Source of the DNA: Malacoraja senta
Lineage: Eukaryota
Reading direction: 5' to 3'
Assembly (NCBI GenBank): GCA_038087875.1
Contig: JAXLNO010000320.1
Span: forward strand, 62,001 to 126,000
Length of the DNA: 64,000 nt
Of this stretch, positions 1-13,700 are shown in pieces. Position 1 is the stretch's first letter. Each line of letters starts with the position of its first letter. Position numbers and translations under genes: made by a program. Under the pieces are notes generated by a model. The model saw nothing but the letters and a program-made list of their open reading frames with translations, did no database searches and was not told where the DNA came from.

Positions 1-440
1 TCAGTGCAGGATGAATAGATGCGGGAGGGGGGTAGATGGGGAGGGAGTACAGGGGATGTAAGTGAGGACTGATTAGAGGCGGGAATGGGGATCAGTGTGG
101 GATGGAGAGGAGGGATCCCAGGATAAGGGGGATGGAAGAGGGCGTAAGAGAGAGAGAGAGGGGGGAAGGGGCCGAGGAGGTGGGGAGGAAGTAAGGTCAG
201 CGAGAGAGAGAGAGAGGCAGAGAGAGGGTGGGGGGGGGGCAGAGAGGGAGGGGGGCAGATAGGGAGGGGACACAGAGGGAGTGGTAGAGGCTGCACCTAC
301 CCAGGTCGTAGAGCAGCAGCCTCCCCACCAGGTGCCGGGCCCGAGCGAGGCCCCTCTCCCTCCCACCCCCCTCTCCCTCACTCCCACCCCCTCCCCCTCC
401 CCCTCCCCCCTCTCTGCCCGCCCCCCTCCCTCTCTGCCCC
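1..440. repeat. Low-complexity purine-rich then pyrimidine-rich tract
   Basis: GGGAG/GA-rich 1-280; CCCTC-rich 340-440. Confidence 0.8.
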
Positions 441-560
441 CTGAGATTTGTGAGCATTTTCATAAATAAGTCGAGAAATAATGCATGAAATTTTCAGATA
501 AGGCAATTCAGATTTCATGGGATAAATATCTATCGGAATACGTTAAAATGTTCCCGTTAG

Positions 561-603
561 CACGTCGTTTCTTCGAGTAGATGTTATCGCACACAAACAA
601 TAA

Positions 604-638
<35 letters not shown>

Positions 639-747
639 GTTTCTTCGAGTAGATGTTATCGCACACAAACAATAAATACACACACACACACACACACACA
701 CACGTCGTTTCTTCGAGTAGATGTTATCGCACACAAACAATAAATAC

Positions 748-792
<45 letters not shown>
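561..792. repeat. Three tandem copies of a ~46-bp unit, each followed by (CA)n
   Basis: cacgtcgtttcttcgagtagatgttatcgcacacaaacaataaata at about 561, 633 and 701. Confidence 0.95.
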
Positions 793-793
<1 letters not shown>

Positions 794-1870
794 CCCCCCC
801 CCCCCTCCCCTCCTCCTCCTCCCACCCTCCCCTCTTCCATCTCCTTCCATAATTGAGTCTCCCAATCTGTTGCCATTCAACAAGACAGTTTATGGGAGAA
901 TAAAATTTTCCACATGGCAGAATTCATGTAAATCTCTTTTTCCACACTTCACCCATACCTTCAACAAGTGTTCAGTTAACTTTACTTATATTTACTGCAA
1001 CACTCTGCAACTAATATTATGTTTCTTTGCAAATTTGAGCGTGAGATGAGGTTTTGAGTACTGAGTTTGCAGCAATGAAACTTAGCATAATATCTGTTTT
1101 TAGCATTATAATGCATTGATTTAAAATACTTTTTTCGCGTGCTGTCTGCTGCTCATTGATTGTACATGCAAAGTGTAGTAAGCATTTTATATAGTCTTTC
1201 CTTGAATGATCATTTTGTTACCCTGGTTCTCAATGAATTACCTCTGTGCTAGAGAACAATTTCACAATTTGTTGTGGTCTTGTATTAATCACGGAGGTCA
1301 AGACCAGCTTGTGAATTGGCCTCAGCAAGATGCTGAGCTACTCATAGGCTGGCATGGAGATGCGAACAGACCAGACTGTGTTGGATGGTCTGTCACTAAC
1401 CCCAATTGCAGATTTTAGTTATTGTAACATAGCCCATTTTACCATGTTGGCTCTCGACCACGTAATTTGAGTAGAAAGGTGGTTTAAGATATTTTAAATG
1501 ATGCATTTCTCTCTTCTCACACAATAAATTTCTCAGTCACCCTAATGACCATGCTGACGCAACTGTCATGGTCCATAAGTCACAGCTGCCACAAGATCTA
1601 GTCTGTGGTCGCTATCTTGGCTGTTTGTGTTTTCCTGGGGTAACTGTGTTATCTGTGTTGTCCTGGGGATCTCTCAGGCAACTCTATTGCAGCATTTGCC
1701 TGCTATCCTCTGTCTGGTGTTTCTCTTCTCTTTTGCTGGCCAAAATCTCCTGTTATGTGTCACTATCCCAGCAAGATGTGCATCTATTCTTCTTTGTTGG
1801 CTTAAGTCAGTCAGTGCTGATTCTGCAGGTATCGTTGAAATCCAGGGTGATTTTAATTCTTTGCGAAAAA

Positions 1871-2050
1871 GTTCATAAGTGATAGGAGCAGAATTAGGCC
1901 ATACGATCCATCAAGTCTACTCTGCCATTCCATCATGGCTGATCTATCTTTCCCTCTTAACCCCATTCTCCTGCCTTCTCTCCATAACCCCTGACACCCG
2001 TACTAATTGAGTATCTATCTACCTTTCTACCTTTCTCTGCCTTAAAAATA
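1871..2050 (-). mobile_element. CR1-type LINE 3' fragment
   Basis: Similar to the CR1 3' ends at 27586, 47746, 52574 and 60719 (gccattc..tcatggctgat..ctgccttctc). Confidence 0.65.
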
Positions 2051-3353
2051 AAAGAGCTTGGCATATTAGGCAGGAACACTTTACGACTCTATGATCAACA
2101 CTACTTGGTGGTGTTACAGTGGTTAAATTAATTAACCAACAACCCAAACTCACTAGCAATACTCAGCACTGCAGGAGCATGTTGGACCATAACACAAAGC
2201 GTGATGGATCAAGACCATTCTCTGTTAATTGTGTTGTAAAAAAGATATCTGATAGCACATTTTCAGAGTTGCTCTATGCACTATGGATCCTGATGCACTA
2301 TTGTTGTGCACTATTGTTTATGTGGAGTTTGCGCAGACTCTCTGTGACCACGTGCTTCATCCAGGTGCTTCAGCTTCTTCCCACATTCCACAAATGTGCA
2401 GGTTTGGAGGTTAGTTGGCCACTCTAAATTGCCAGTGATGTGCAGATGAGTGGTAGAATCTGATGGCTGATGTGAATTTGTGAAGAGTTAAATGAGTTTA
2501 AAAATTGTTGTTTGATGGTCAGAGCAGATTCGGTGTGTCAAAGGCCTACTTTCATCATATTTCCGCCTATGTCTTGCTTTTGGAGATTAATATTAACAGT
2601 GCGATAAAGTGACACATTATCAATTAACTGCTTTCTAAAGCACAGATACTGGACATTGAGAGGGAGAAAACTCCCAAAGATGGTTGTGACTATTGAGGGT
2701 CAATCATCCCAGTTCAGGTCTTCGGCAGAGTTCTTTTGGCGACTGTTCTAAGCCCAACCATCTCAAGCTGCTTCATCAAAGACCTTTTGTCAATCATAAA
2801 GTCAAAGAAGATATTTGTTGATGATTGTAGAGTTTAGTGTCATTCCCAATTGCTTAGAAAATGATGCGGCCCACGTTTGCTAGAGGTAGATGTTCAGACA
2901 GGGCTGATGATTAACAAGTAAGTTTGTGCCATACTTACCCTGCCAGGTAAACACCAGGATCACCTGACTCATTCAAATGGAACTGATGTGCTGCAATGCT
3001 GAGAACTATATTCTGCACTCTGTACCTTCCCCATTGCTCTATTTATTGCACTTGAGTTTGACATATTTTTGTATAGTATTATCCGATCTGCTTGGATATG
3101 CCTCAGTATACGAGACAATAATGGACCTTAGCCTAATGCCAAGTAAATATCAGGATCACTCAACCCATACAATGGCAGGTAACTAACAGAATCAGACTGC
3201 TGGGGACTTTGAGAAAGTCTGGGATGAATACCAGGATTGATTTTTCCCTCCCTGACCCAGAGGCATCAAGCTGGTTATAGCTCTGTCCCAATTCTCCCAG
3301 CAGAATAACAATATTCTTATGAATCATGATAACTAAAAGTAAAACATTTGAAG

Positions 3354-3663
3354 GTAGACAAAAATGCGGGAGACACTCAGCGGGTGAGGCAGCATCTGTG
3401 GAGCGAAGGAATAGGTGACGTTTCAGGTCGAGACCTTCTTCAGACTGATGTAGAGGTGTGTGGGGGGGGGGGCGGGAAGAAACAAGGAAGAGGCGGAGAC
3501 AGTAGGCTGTGGGAGAGCTGGAAAGGGGAGGGGAAGGAGGGAGAAAGCAAGGACTACCTGAAATTGGAGAACTCAATGTTCATACCGCTGGGGTGTTAAC
3601 TGCCCAAGCGAAATATGAGGTGCCGCTCCTCCAATTTGCGGTGGGACAATCGACGACAATCTT
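3354..3663 (-). mobile_element. Penelope-like element 3' fragment with hammerhead core motif
   Basis: Flanked by a 17-bp duplication aagtaaaacatttgaag (3337-3353 / 3664-3680); minus strand reads ctgaagaaggtctcgacctgaaacgtcacc. Confidence 0.75.
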
Positions 3664-3789
3664 AAGTAAAACATTTGAAGTCAGTTATCTGAAATTTATA
3701 TAGCATATTGTTGAATTGTCTTGCTTCAGCCAAGACTATAATTTATCGAACACTTGATATGACCAAGGTTAAAATATGGTGACCGCCTT

Positions 3790-4245
3790 GGCCTACACGA
3801 TCAACCGATTGCCAAACATTTTAACTCCCCATCACACTCTCATACTGACCTTTCTGTCGTGGGCCTCCTCCATTGTCAGAGTGAGGCCACACGCAAATTG
3901 GAGGAACAGCATCTCCTATGTCGCCTGGGCAGCTTACAACCCAGCAGCATGAAAATTGATTTCTCTACCTTCAAGTAACCCTTACATTCCCTCTCTCTCC
4001 ATCCCTTCCCTACCCTAGTCTAGCTAATTTGACCGTTTGTATTCCTTCGTTATCTCCTCGTCCCCAGCCAACAATGGACCATTGTGGGCTCCACTTTTTC
4101 CAAGTTATTGATGCAGGCTTTATGCTTTCCCATACCTCCAGTATCCCTCCAGTATCCCCCTCCCTTACTCTTAGTCTGGTGAAGGGTCACAATCCGAAAC
4201 GTCACCTATTCCTTTTCTCTAGAGATGCTGCCTGACCCGCTGAGT
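3790..4245 (+). mobile_element. Penelope-like element 3' fragment (GIY-YIG C-terminus and terminal repeat)
   Basis: Homologous to 12480-12950 (KLEEQHL..RLGSLQP.GMNI.FS). Confidence 0.7.
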
Positions 4246-4601
4246 TGATATGACCACTCGTATTGACTTGCCTTACTCAGTAGCAGAAGGAACTTATTAA
4301 CCCATCCTTTGGTGACTCTGAAAATAGAAAAAAATACAGCCAAACACCACAGCACTGATGCCATGAGGATTGTGCCCTCGGTACACATGACCATAATAAA
4401 CTAAACTAAAGATGTTGATGCAAGTTAATTTTGAGTGGTTTACATGTCGTTATGATATGGATTCCTCTTTATTGCATGACACCGTTTTGAAATTCTGTTC
4501 ATTTGTTTCTAACTGAAATAATAAAAATGTCAACTGAATTATATTTCTGGAGTGATCCAAAACTCATTGACTAGAATAACCAGGTTAACTTTTTTTTGCA
4601 G

Positions 4602-4778
4602 ATGGGAATATCAGGTAATACAAGTCTATTCGGACAAGGATATGGTCAAGCAGGTGGACAGCAGTTAGGTGCTACAGGGGTTGGACCGCAATTGCAAAAC
4701 AAAAGTGGCCTTTCGAATAGTCTGCCTCCATTTCCAGCTGATTTAAAGGGTACTCAAGTTACAAATGTGCCGAACATG
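4602..4778 (+). CDS. crebbp: crebbp exon 3 (177 nt)
   Basis: ttttgcag|ATGGGA...AACATG|gtaagc; [20 protein letters not shown]...VTNVPNM. Confidence 0.93.
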
Positions 4779-7700
4779 GTAAGCATTGTGCTACTGTTGT
4801 TTATTACAAATAATTGAACTGTTCCTAAAATTAAATCTTATGCTTAGAGTGATGATTGTTTGAAGGTCTCCAATGTGTTAAAGAGCGGTCCTGACCTTCC
4901 ATCTCCCTCATTGGAGTCCTTCGAACTATCTTCAATCAGACTTTATTGGACTTGCACTAAAGTTATGACCTTCATCTTTATCTGTATACTGTGGATGGCT
5001 TGATTGTAATCATGGAAAGTCTTTTCGCTGACTAAATAACACACAACCAAAAGCTTTTCACTTTATCTCGGTACACGTAACAATAATAAACTAAACTAAA
5101 CTTATTGCTTTTAAAGCTGAGACCCGGATTCAATCCTTACCTCGGGTGATCTCCGTGTGGAATTTGTACGCTCTCCCTGTGACCGTGTGGGTGCTATTGT
5201 TTCCTCCCACATCCTAAAGACGTGTGGGTTTGTAGGTAAATTGGCCTCAGTAAATTGCCCCGGGTGTGTAGGAAGTGGACAACATAGAACTAGTGTGGAT
5301 AGACAAAAGTGCTGGAGAAACTCAGCGGGTGCAGCAGCATCTATGGAGCGAAGGAAATAGGCAACGTTTCGGCCCGAAACGTTGCCTATTTCCTTCGTTT
5401 TTGTCTACCTTCGATTTTCGACCACTTTTGTCTACCTTCGATTTTCCAGCATCTGCAGTTCCTTCTTGAACATAGAACTAGTGTGAATGGCTGATCGATG
5501 GTCGTCATGGACTCGGTGTACTGAAGGGCCTGTTTCCATGCTGTATCTTAAAAAAGATGTATTTTCACCAGTGCATAAAGGCTGATAATGCATTGCATTT
5601 TGCTGATGTAAATCATGCTCTTTATCAGATGTTTCATTAAATTATTATTAAAAGGGGGAGAGGTTTGCCAACTACCTAAATTGCATTATCTTCCAGCTAT
5701 GTTTCAGTCATTGATAGTTACTGTCAAAGGGATGAGAGGAAAACATGTTAAACATTTCTTGCCTTGATTACACTAAATTAGGGAAGGTGGCTTTACTTGG
5801 TTTGAATGACTTGCCAACCCGAGAGAAAAGTTTATGATTCACTCGGTCTTTTTCCCCAGGGTAGATTATTCTAAATTTAGAAGGCACAGCCTCAAAATGA
5901 GATTTAAGAGTTAGCTCAGGGGTAATATTTCACTCAGAGGGTAGTCCATGTCTGGAAGAATTGCCAGAAGAAGCTATATAAGCAGATATAATTATGACTT
6001 TTAAAAGACATTTGGACCGACATGTGGATAGGAAGAGTTTAGAGAGATATGGGACAAATGCAGGCAAATGGGACGAGCCCAGTATGCCAACTTGGTCAGC
6101 ATGGACAAGGTGGGCTGTAGGGCCCGTTTCCGAGCTGCATAGCTCCATATCTGCGTGTCAAAGCCATAGCTTATTCGTTAGTTTCATGCAAAACGCAAAG
6201 TGCTGGTGGAACTCAGCGGGTCAGGCAGCATCTGTGGTGGGAGTGAACACCATATTCACCAAGTACCTCTGTGTTCAATTTCATTTATAAATGTTTTTTT
6301 GTGTTTCATTTGAAAAAAAAGATCCTAATTTTGAGTCTGTTTCTCACTGCTTGCTTCCTCCCTTCCTCCCTTCCTTTCTCCCTCTCTTCCTCCCTTCCTC
6401 CCTTCCTTTCTTCCTCCCTTTCTTTTCTTTCTTTCTTCCTTCCTTCCTCCCAGGTTCAGCAAGTAGGAATGGTACAAGTACCATCCCAGGTGCCAACACA
6501 AGGAATGGGATCGGCACCGACTGCAGATCCAGAAAAACGCAAACTGATACAGCAGCAGCTGGTCCTACTGCTTCATGCCCACAAATGTCAGCGGAGGGAA
6601 CAGGCAAATGGTGAGGTCCGGCCCTGCGCACTACCACACTGCCGAACCATGAAAAACGTCCTGAATCACATGACTCATTGTCAAGCAGGCAAGTCCTGCC
6701 AGGGTAAGTATACTTGCTGTTACCCTTTGTGCAACTGCACATTGTAGTCAGAAATGGAGAGGTTCAAATAGAGTTCTACAGATAAGGACGTCAAAGTTAT
6801 CTATTTTGACTACTAATGAACATTTAAAACCCTTAGTAAATGTATGTTTATTCATTTATTAAATATATACAATGGTATTGGTCAGAAGACCTCCCTGTAT
6901 TCTTTAAGTACATTTTTATGTTAGTGGATGTGATAATAAACAGGATTGGATCTTAAAGGGTGTTCATTTTATTTGTTTCCCTGTACATGGCTTTGAAGAT
7001 CAAATTATCACAATATGTGTAGACTGAGTTTCAGTTGTTGAAACTTCACCCAAAAACATTGGTTTATAAAGGATGCACTTAACGGAAAGTTTACTGTGTG
7101 GATTTCTGTGTATGGAGATTCTGCTTTATAAGGTTTGTTTAGGTTAGTTTAGAGATACAGCGTGGAAACGCCCAACGACATCACACCGACCATCACACTA
7201 ATTCTATGTTATCCCACTTCTGCAGCCTACACACTAGGAGCAATTTACAGAACAATTTACAGCAATTTACACCTGGAGAAAACCCACGCGGTTACAGGGA
7301 GAACACATAAACTCCGCCCAGACAGCACTCGTAGTCAGGATTGAACCCGGATCCCTGGTGCTGTGAGACAGCAGCTCTATGGCTGCGCCACCATGCCGTA
7401 CAAATTAATTAGCGTAATTTCTCAAATAATAAAAGTGCTAAAAAATAGTACGTCAAATAGCATCTATGGAGAAACAGAACTGACAAGAATAGTACTGGGG
7501 GGTATATTCAGTTGTAGTATTCAAAGGGAGCTGGCTAAGTGTCTAAAACAATAATATTGCATGTCTGTAGTGGGGGGAGGCAGATGAGTGGGATTAACTG
7601 TATTTACTGAATTCCTAGAGAGCTGCTGCAGATTCAAAAGCTGAATGGCTTCCTTTCGCTCTGATCTATATTCAGAACTTTTGAGAACATCTATGTATGT

Positions 7701-10700
7701 GCCCAATAGATTCACTTGCTGTTGGTGCAGAAATGTTTTGACCACTTTACCAACATAAACTGTGTCCTTTTGCAGTCAGGATACTTAACAGTCATTGAGC
7801 CATTAAGGCGCCAGAACACAAAATACTTTTTTTGCCTTTTGCAAAATTTTCAATCCTCATTACAGTGGTATTTAAAAAAATATAAATAGTGCGGAAGCAC
7901 TAAAACAATTTTTAAATGATCTTTGGTTCACCATTTATTACAGAATTTAGGTGATTTTGGAATGAAATTCATAATTATGATCTGTGGAATTTATGGTATT
8001 ATCTGGTTCTAATGTACGCCGGTTACGGAAGTGGTTTGGATGGAAATTATTTTCTGGTGTTGTGTTGTACAATTCTGAAAGGTGTTGATGTAAGAAATAT
8101 CACAGGACGTATATAGCTGATGCAAATTCAAACTTTGTATTTACCCTAGAAATATTTTATCCCACCTTCTAACATATAATGTCAAGGGGAGGGGGTGAGC
8201 TGTACTGTATCGATACAATGGCTGGGTCTTGTGAAAGGATAGCTGGCTCTGTGTGACAGTGGTTGTGCAACTCTCCTCTTTTACGTACCCGCTCTGATGT
8301 CGTAACTGACATTGGGTACTCAGTGTAAAATTGAAACTACCCCCCCCCCCCCCCCCCCGAATTATTAACTTGCATAGCTGTGAACCTTTGTGTTTCAAAT
8401 TGCACATCCATTCTCAGCTGTGCCAGTTTTTTTAGCGTGGTTTTGTAAGTTTTAGCTTGTGATTAATGTTTCAAAGGCTTATGATTTGCAGCTGCCCAGT
8501 TAGTTCTGACCATGTGCCCCCCATGTTAATGTTAGATCTCTGGCTCTGTTTTTTTTCTGACACAGTTGCTCACTGTGCATCATCAAGACAGATCATTTCT
8601 CACTGGAAAAACTGCACTCGACATGACTGTCCTGTATGTCTACCCCTGAAAAACGCCAGTGACAAGAGGAATCAGCAGAGTAAGTCACCTTCATTACAAA
8701 GTGGAAATATTGGCAGGATAAGTGAATGCATATCTGAGCCATGAACTTGCTCCCTATGGACATTCTCTACATCAAATACAGTTTTTTGTACCCGTCTTCT
8801 TTAGAATAGATCATATATAAACACATTCATTGTCCTGTTTCAGAAAAGGAACACGGAAAGTTATGAAAAGTATTGATGCGCATTTTGTCCACTTAATATT
8901 TCCCTGAAGTGTAACCTTTGCTTGCAAGTTATCTATATATTTGCATAATGTGTAACAACCGTTCAGCTTTATATCTAAATGATAATTTTACCACATTTTA
9001 CCTTGCAGCCCTATTAGGCTCTTTGCCAAGTGGATTACCAAATACAGTGGGTTCAGTTGGGAGTAGTCCACAAGGCACATCCAGCAATTCAAATCCTATC
9101 GACCCCAGTTCAATGCAGAGAGCATACGCCGCACTTGGACTGCCCTATGGTAACCAACCACAAGCGCAGCCACAGCCTCAGGTACAAGGCCAGCAGACAG
9201 CACAGCCTCAAGTCCATCAGTCAATGAGGCCAAACCCTTTGGGTAAGTATGCTGTAAGGCCTCAGCACAAAGACATTAGATAAATCTCCTCAACACTGCT
9301 TAAAAGCTATCAGCTCCACCATTCTTTCTGGCAATGTATTCCTGGTACTTGCATGCCAAAGTCTCTATGCTCCTCAATACCCCTAAAGTCATTACATTCA
9401 TGGTTAATGTCCTAGCTGCAGTAGTTCTTCCAAAATGCTTCACTTCACATTTATTAGAATTAAACTGCATCTGCCATTTCTCAGCTCATTTTACATTCAT
9501 TTAAGCCTAAAACTACCTACTCACATTGTCAATAACTCCACAAACCTTTGTATCATCTGTGAACTTACTGGTCATGCTTCNNNNNNNNNNNNNNNNNNNN
9601 NNNNNNNNNNNNNNNNNNNNNNNNNNNNNNNNNNNNNNNNNNNNNNNNNNNNNNNNNNNNNNNNNNNNNNNNNNNNNNNNNNNNNNNNNNNNNNNNNNNN
9701 NNNNNNNNNNNNNNNNNNNNNNNNNNNNNNNNNNNNNNNNNNNNNNNNNNNNNNNNNNNNNNNNNNNNNNNNNNNNNNNNCTACATTCATAGCCAAATCT
9801 TTCATGTATGTTACAATTTTAAAACAAGTCTCTTGTCTCCTGTTGCCAAGCCAATTTTGGATCCAATTTTCCCATCATCCCATGGACTCTAACCTTTTGG
9901 ACGTCTCCCAGGTGGGACTTTGTTGAACGTCATACTGAAGTCTACTGCACTGTCCTCTTCAATACACTCTTTACCTCCTCATAAAATTCAGTCAGATTGG
10001 TCAGACAAGTTCTGACCTTGACAAAGCGACGTAACCTATCTCTGATTAGTCCCTGCATTTCCAAGTGATTCTGTAACTTAACCCTCAGAATTGAAAGCAC
10101 AGGTCAATCAAAGATAGGATTATTGCCATAAATCTACCCCCTCTCTCCCGGGCAACTTTCTTTTGTCTTTAACCAGCTCTGCCAATCTCCAAACCCATAA
10201 TATAGCAGAATATGGATGAGCTTGGTGTTCGAGAGCTGTTAATAGCCCCACTTAATAGCCACTCAGCCATCACAAAAGCAAATTCACCAATACAAAAGTT
10301 TGGCATACGTAATAAAATTCTCTCTTATGGAATCTATGAAGAAAAGGTAATTAAATAAACACAAGATTTATTTCGCAACGTGCGTTTCTTGATGCGTGTG
10401 CAGGTGATGGGTGTTTGCATTACAGAAAATCACGATCCAGACCATTTTCTAGAAACGCAACCCTTCCTCCCCCTGCAATGTAAGGATCACCTGTTTTCTT
10501 TGGTATCTGCCAGTGAATTTTATTCCTGTAAATGTGCCTAGTTTGTTTGGTTAATAATAACAACATACATTTTGAACTGTTTTGAGCTGTTGTTTGAGTT
10601 ACTGACCTCCTTTCTCGTATCAGGTACGAATCAGATGAATGTGGTTGGAGGGATGGGTGTTCCAACGCCTGATCAGTCAAACCTGATGTCTGACTCTGCT

Positions 10701-13700
10701 CTTCCACCTTCCCTTGCTACACCAAAGTAAGGAATCTTTATTCTTCAACAAGACCTGCTAACATAATGTAATTTTTGGATAGACACGAAAAGCTGGAGTA
10801 ACTCGACAGGCAGCAACTCTGGAAAGGAATGCGCAACGTTTCGGGTCGAGACCCTTCTTCAGACTGGTTAGGGATAAGAGAAACGAGAAATATAGACAGT
10901 GATGTGGAGAGATAAAGAACAATGAATGAAAGATATGCAAAAAAGTAACGATGATAAAGGAAACAGGCCATTGCAAACTGTTAGTAGGGTGAAAATGAGA
11001 AGCTAGTGCGACTTGGGTGGGGGAGGGATAGAGAGAGAGAGGGAATGTCGGGACTACCTGAAGTGAGAGAAATCAATATTCATACCACTGGGTTGCTAGC
11101 TGCCCAAGCGAAATATGAGATGCCTGTTCCTCCAATTTGCGTTTATCCTCACTCTGACAATGGAGGAGACCGAGGACAGAAAGGTCTGTGTAGGAATGGG
11201 AAGGAGAAAGTGTCCAGCAACCAGGAGATCAGGTTGGTTCAGGCGGGCTGAGCGAAGGTGTTCCGCGAAATGATCGCCCGGTCTGCCTTTGAATAACGGA
11301 TACAGTAGATGAGGTTGGAGGAGGTGCAAGTGAACCTCTGCTTAACCTGAAAAGACTGTCGGGGTCCCTGGACAGAGTCGAGGGAGGAGGTATAGAGACA
11401 GGTGTTGCAACTTCTGCGGTTGCAGGGGAAGGTACCTGGGGAGGGTGTGGTTTGTGTGGGATGGGATGAGTTAACCAGGGAGTTGCGGAGGGAACAGTCT
11501 CTGCGGAAGGCGGAAAGGGGTGGAGATGGGAAAATGTGGCTAGTGCTGGGATCCCATTGGAGGTGGCAAAAATTTTCGGAGGATTATGTGTTGTATGCGA
11601 CGGCTGATCGGGTGGAAGGTAGGGATTAGGGGGACTCTGTCTCTGTTGCGACTAGGGGAAGCGGGAGCAAGGGCAGAGCTGCGGGGTACCGAGGAGACAT
11701 GGGAGAGGGCCTCATCTATGATGGGAGAGGGGAACCCCCGTTCCCTAAAGAATGAGGACATCTCGAATGTTCTAGTATTGAACACTTCACCTTGGGCATA
11801 GATGCTACCTCCTGCACCCATGCAGAACTCATGGACTTCATCAACTTCACCACCATCTCCAACATCTCCAACACCTCCCTTCCCTTTCTTGATCTCACAG
11901 TCTCCATCACATGAAATAGACTATTAACTGACATCTATTACAAACCCACTGACTCACACAACTATCTCGACTACACTTCTTCCCACCCTGCTTCCTGCAA
12001 AGGCTCTATCCCCTACTCCCAATTCCTCCGTCTACGCCGCATCAGCGCCGAAAATTAGGTGTTCCATACTAGAACATCCGAGATGTTCCCCCTGGTCCTT
12101 ACCGTACATCCCATCAGCCGTCGCATACAACATCTAATCCTCCAAAATTTCCGCTATCTCCAACGGGATCCCACCACTAGCCACATTTTTCCCATCTCCA
12201 CCCCTTTCCGCCTTCCGCAGAGGCCGTTCCCTCCTCAACTCCCTGGTTAACTCATCACTTCCCACCCAACCCACCCCCTTCCCAGGTACCCTCCCCTGCA
12301 ACCGCAGAAGATGTAATACCTGTCGCTATACATCCTCCCTCGACTCTGTCCAGGTTAGGCAGAGGTTCACTTGCACCTCGTCCAACCATTACCTACTGTA
12401 TCCGTTGTTCAAGATGTGAATCTTATACATCGGCGAGATCAAACACAGACTGGGCGATCGTTTCGCGGAACACCTTCGCTCATCCCGCCTGAACCAACCT
12501 GATCTCCCGGTTGCTGGACACTTTAATTCTCCTACCCATTCCTACACAGACCTTTCTGTCCTCGGTCTCCTCCATTGTCATAGTGAGGCTAAAACCAAAT
12601 TGGAGGAACAGCATCCCATATTTCGCTTGGGCAGCTTGCAGCCCAGTGGTATGAATATTGATTTCTCTCACTTCAGGTAGCCCCGACATTTCTTCTCTCT
12701 CTATCCCTCCCCCACCCAAGTCGCTCTAGCTTCTAATTTTCACCCTACAAACAGCTTACAATGGCCTGTTTCTTTTATCATTGTTACTTTTTTGCATATC
12801 TTTCATTCATTGTTCTTTATCTCTCCACATCACTGTCTATATCTCTCGTTTCCCTTATCCCTAATCAGTCTGAAGAAGGGTCTCGACCCGAAACGTTAAC
12901 CATTCCTTCTCTCCAGAGATGCTGCCTGTCCGGCAGAGTTATTCCAGCTTTTTGTGTCTATCTTCGGTTTAAACCAGCATCTGCAGTTCCTTCATACACA
13001 TGTAATTTTGGAGGTTGTGTCCATTCCGACAGGCATAGAAAAATTGAGCTGGTTCTTCAAAGATCCAAATGTTAATACGTAATAAACTTCTAATGGATGG
13101 AAGGGAAGGTAAACTGAGAGCACAGCCCAGACCTGGAATTCTCTTAATCTTTCCACCTCTCTCAGCTGCTTTATCCATCCCTTTCTCTGTCCTTCCTCCT
13201 CTGAGGCTCTGCTCCTCTCTTTACCTTTGATAATTCTCTTAAAAAAGGAACCACTTTAACCAGGCTCGTTTTTTCCCCCGGGTGCTGTCTGTGTGGAATT
13301 TGCACATTCTCCCTGTGACTGGATTTCTTCTGTGTTCTGGTTTCCTCCCACAATGCAAAGGTTTGGGGTTTGTAAGTCAATTGGTTGCTGTAAGTTGCCC
13401 CCCTGTGTATGGGTGAGTTGCAAAATCTGGGAGATGAGGGGGAAATTGATGGCATGTGGGAGAAAATGTAATAGGGAAACATTAGTGGGGGAATGAGATT
13501 GCAGTAATAGGCAACATAAATGTGATGAGCTGAATAGCCTCCATCTACAGTGGCTTGCAAAAGTATTCATACCCCTTGAACTTTTCCACATTTTGTCACG
13601 TTACAACCACAAACGTAAATGTATTTTATTGGGATTTTATGTGATAGACCAACACAAAGTGGCCATAATTGTGAAGTGGAAGGAAAATGATACATGGTTT

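Noticed and set aside
561..792. Regularly spaced direct repeats resembling a CRISPR array
   Set aside because: The spacers are (CA)n microsatellite, the context is a vertebrate intron, and there are no cas genes.
73..883. ORFs rich in P, S, CV or HT
   Set aside because: Translations of low-complexity and microsatellite DNA.
3354..4245. A second single fold-back Penelope element
   Set aside because: The left fragment has its own 17-bp target duplication, so these are two independent insertions in opposite orientation.
9435..9926. ORFs spanning the N run
   Set aside because: Artefacts of the 200-N assembly gap.
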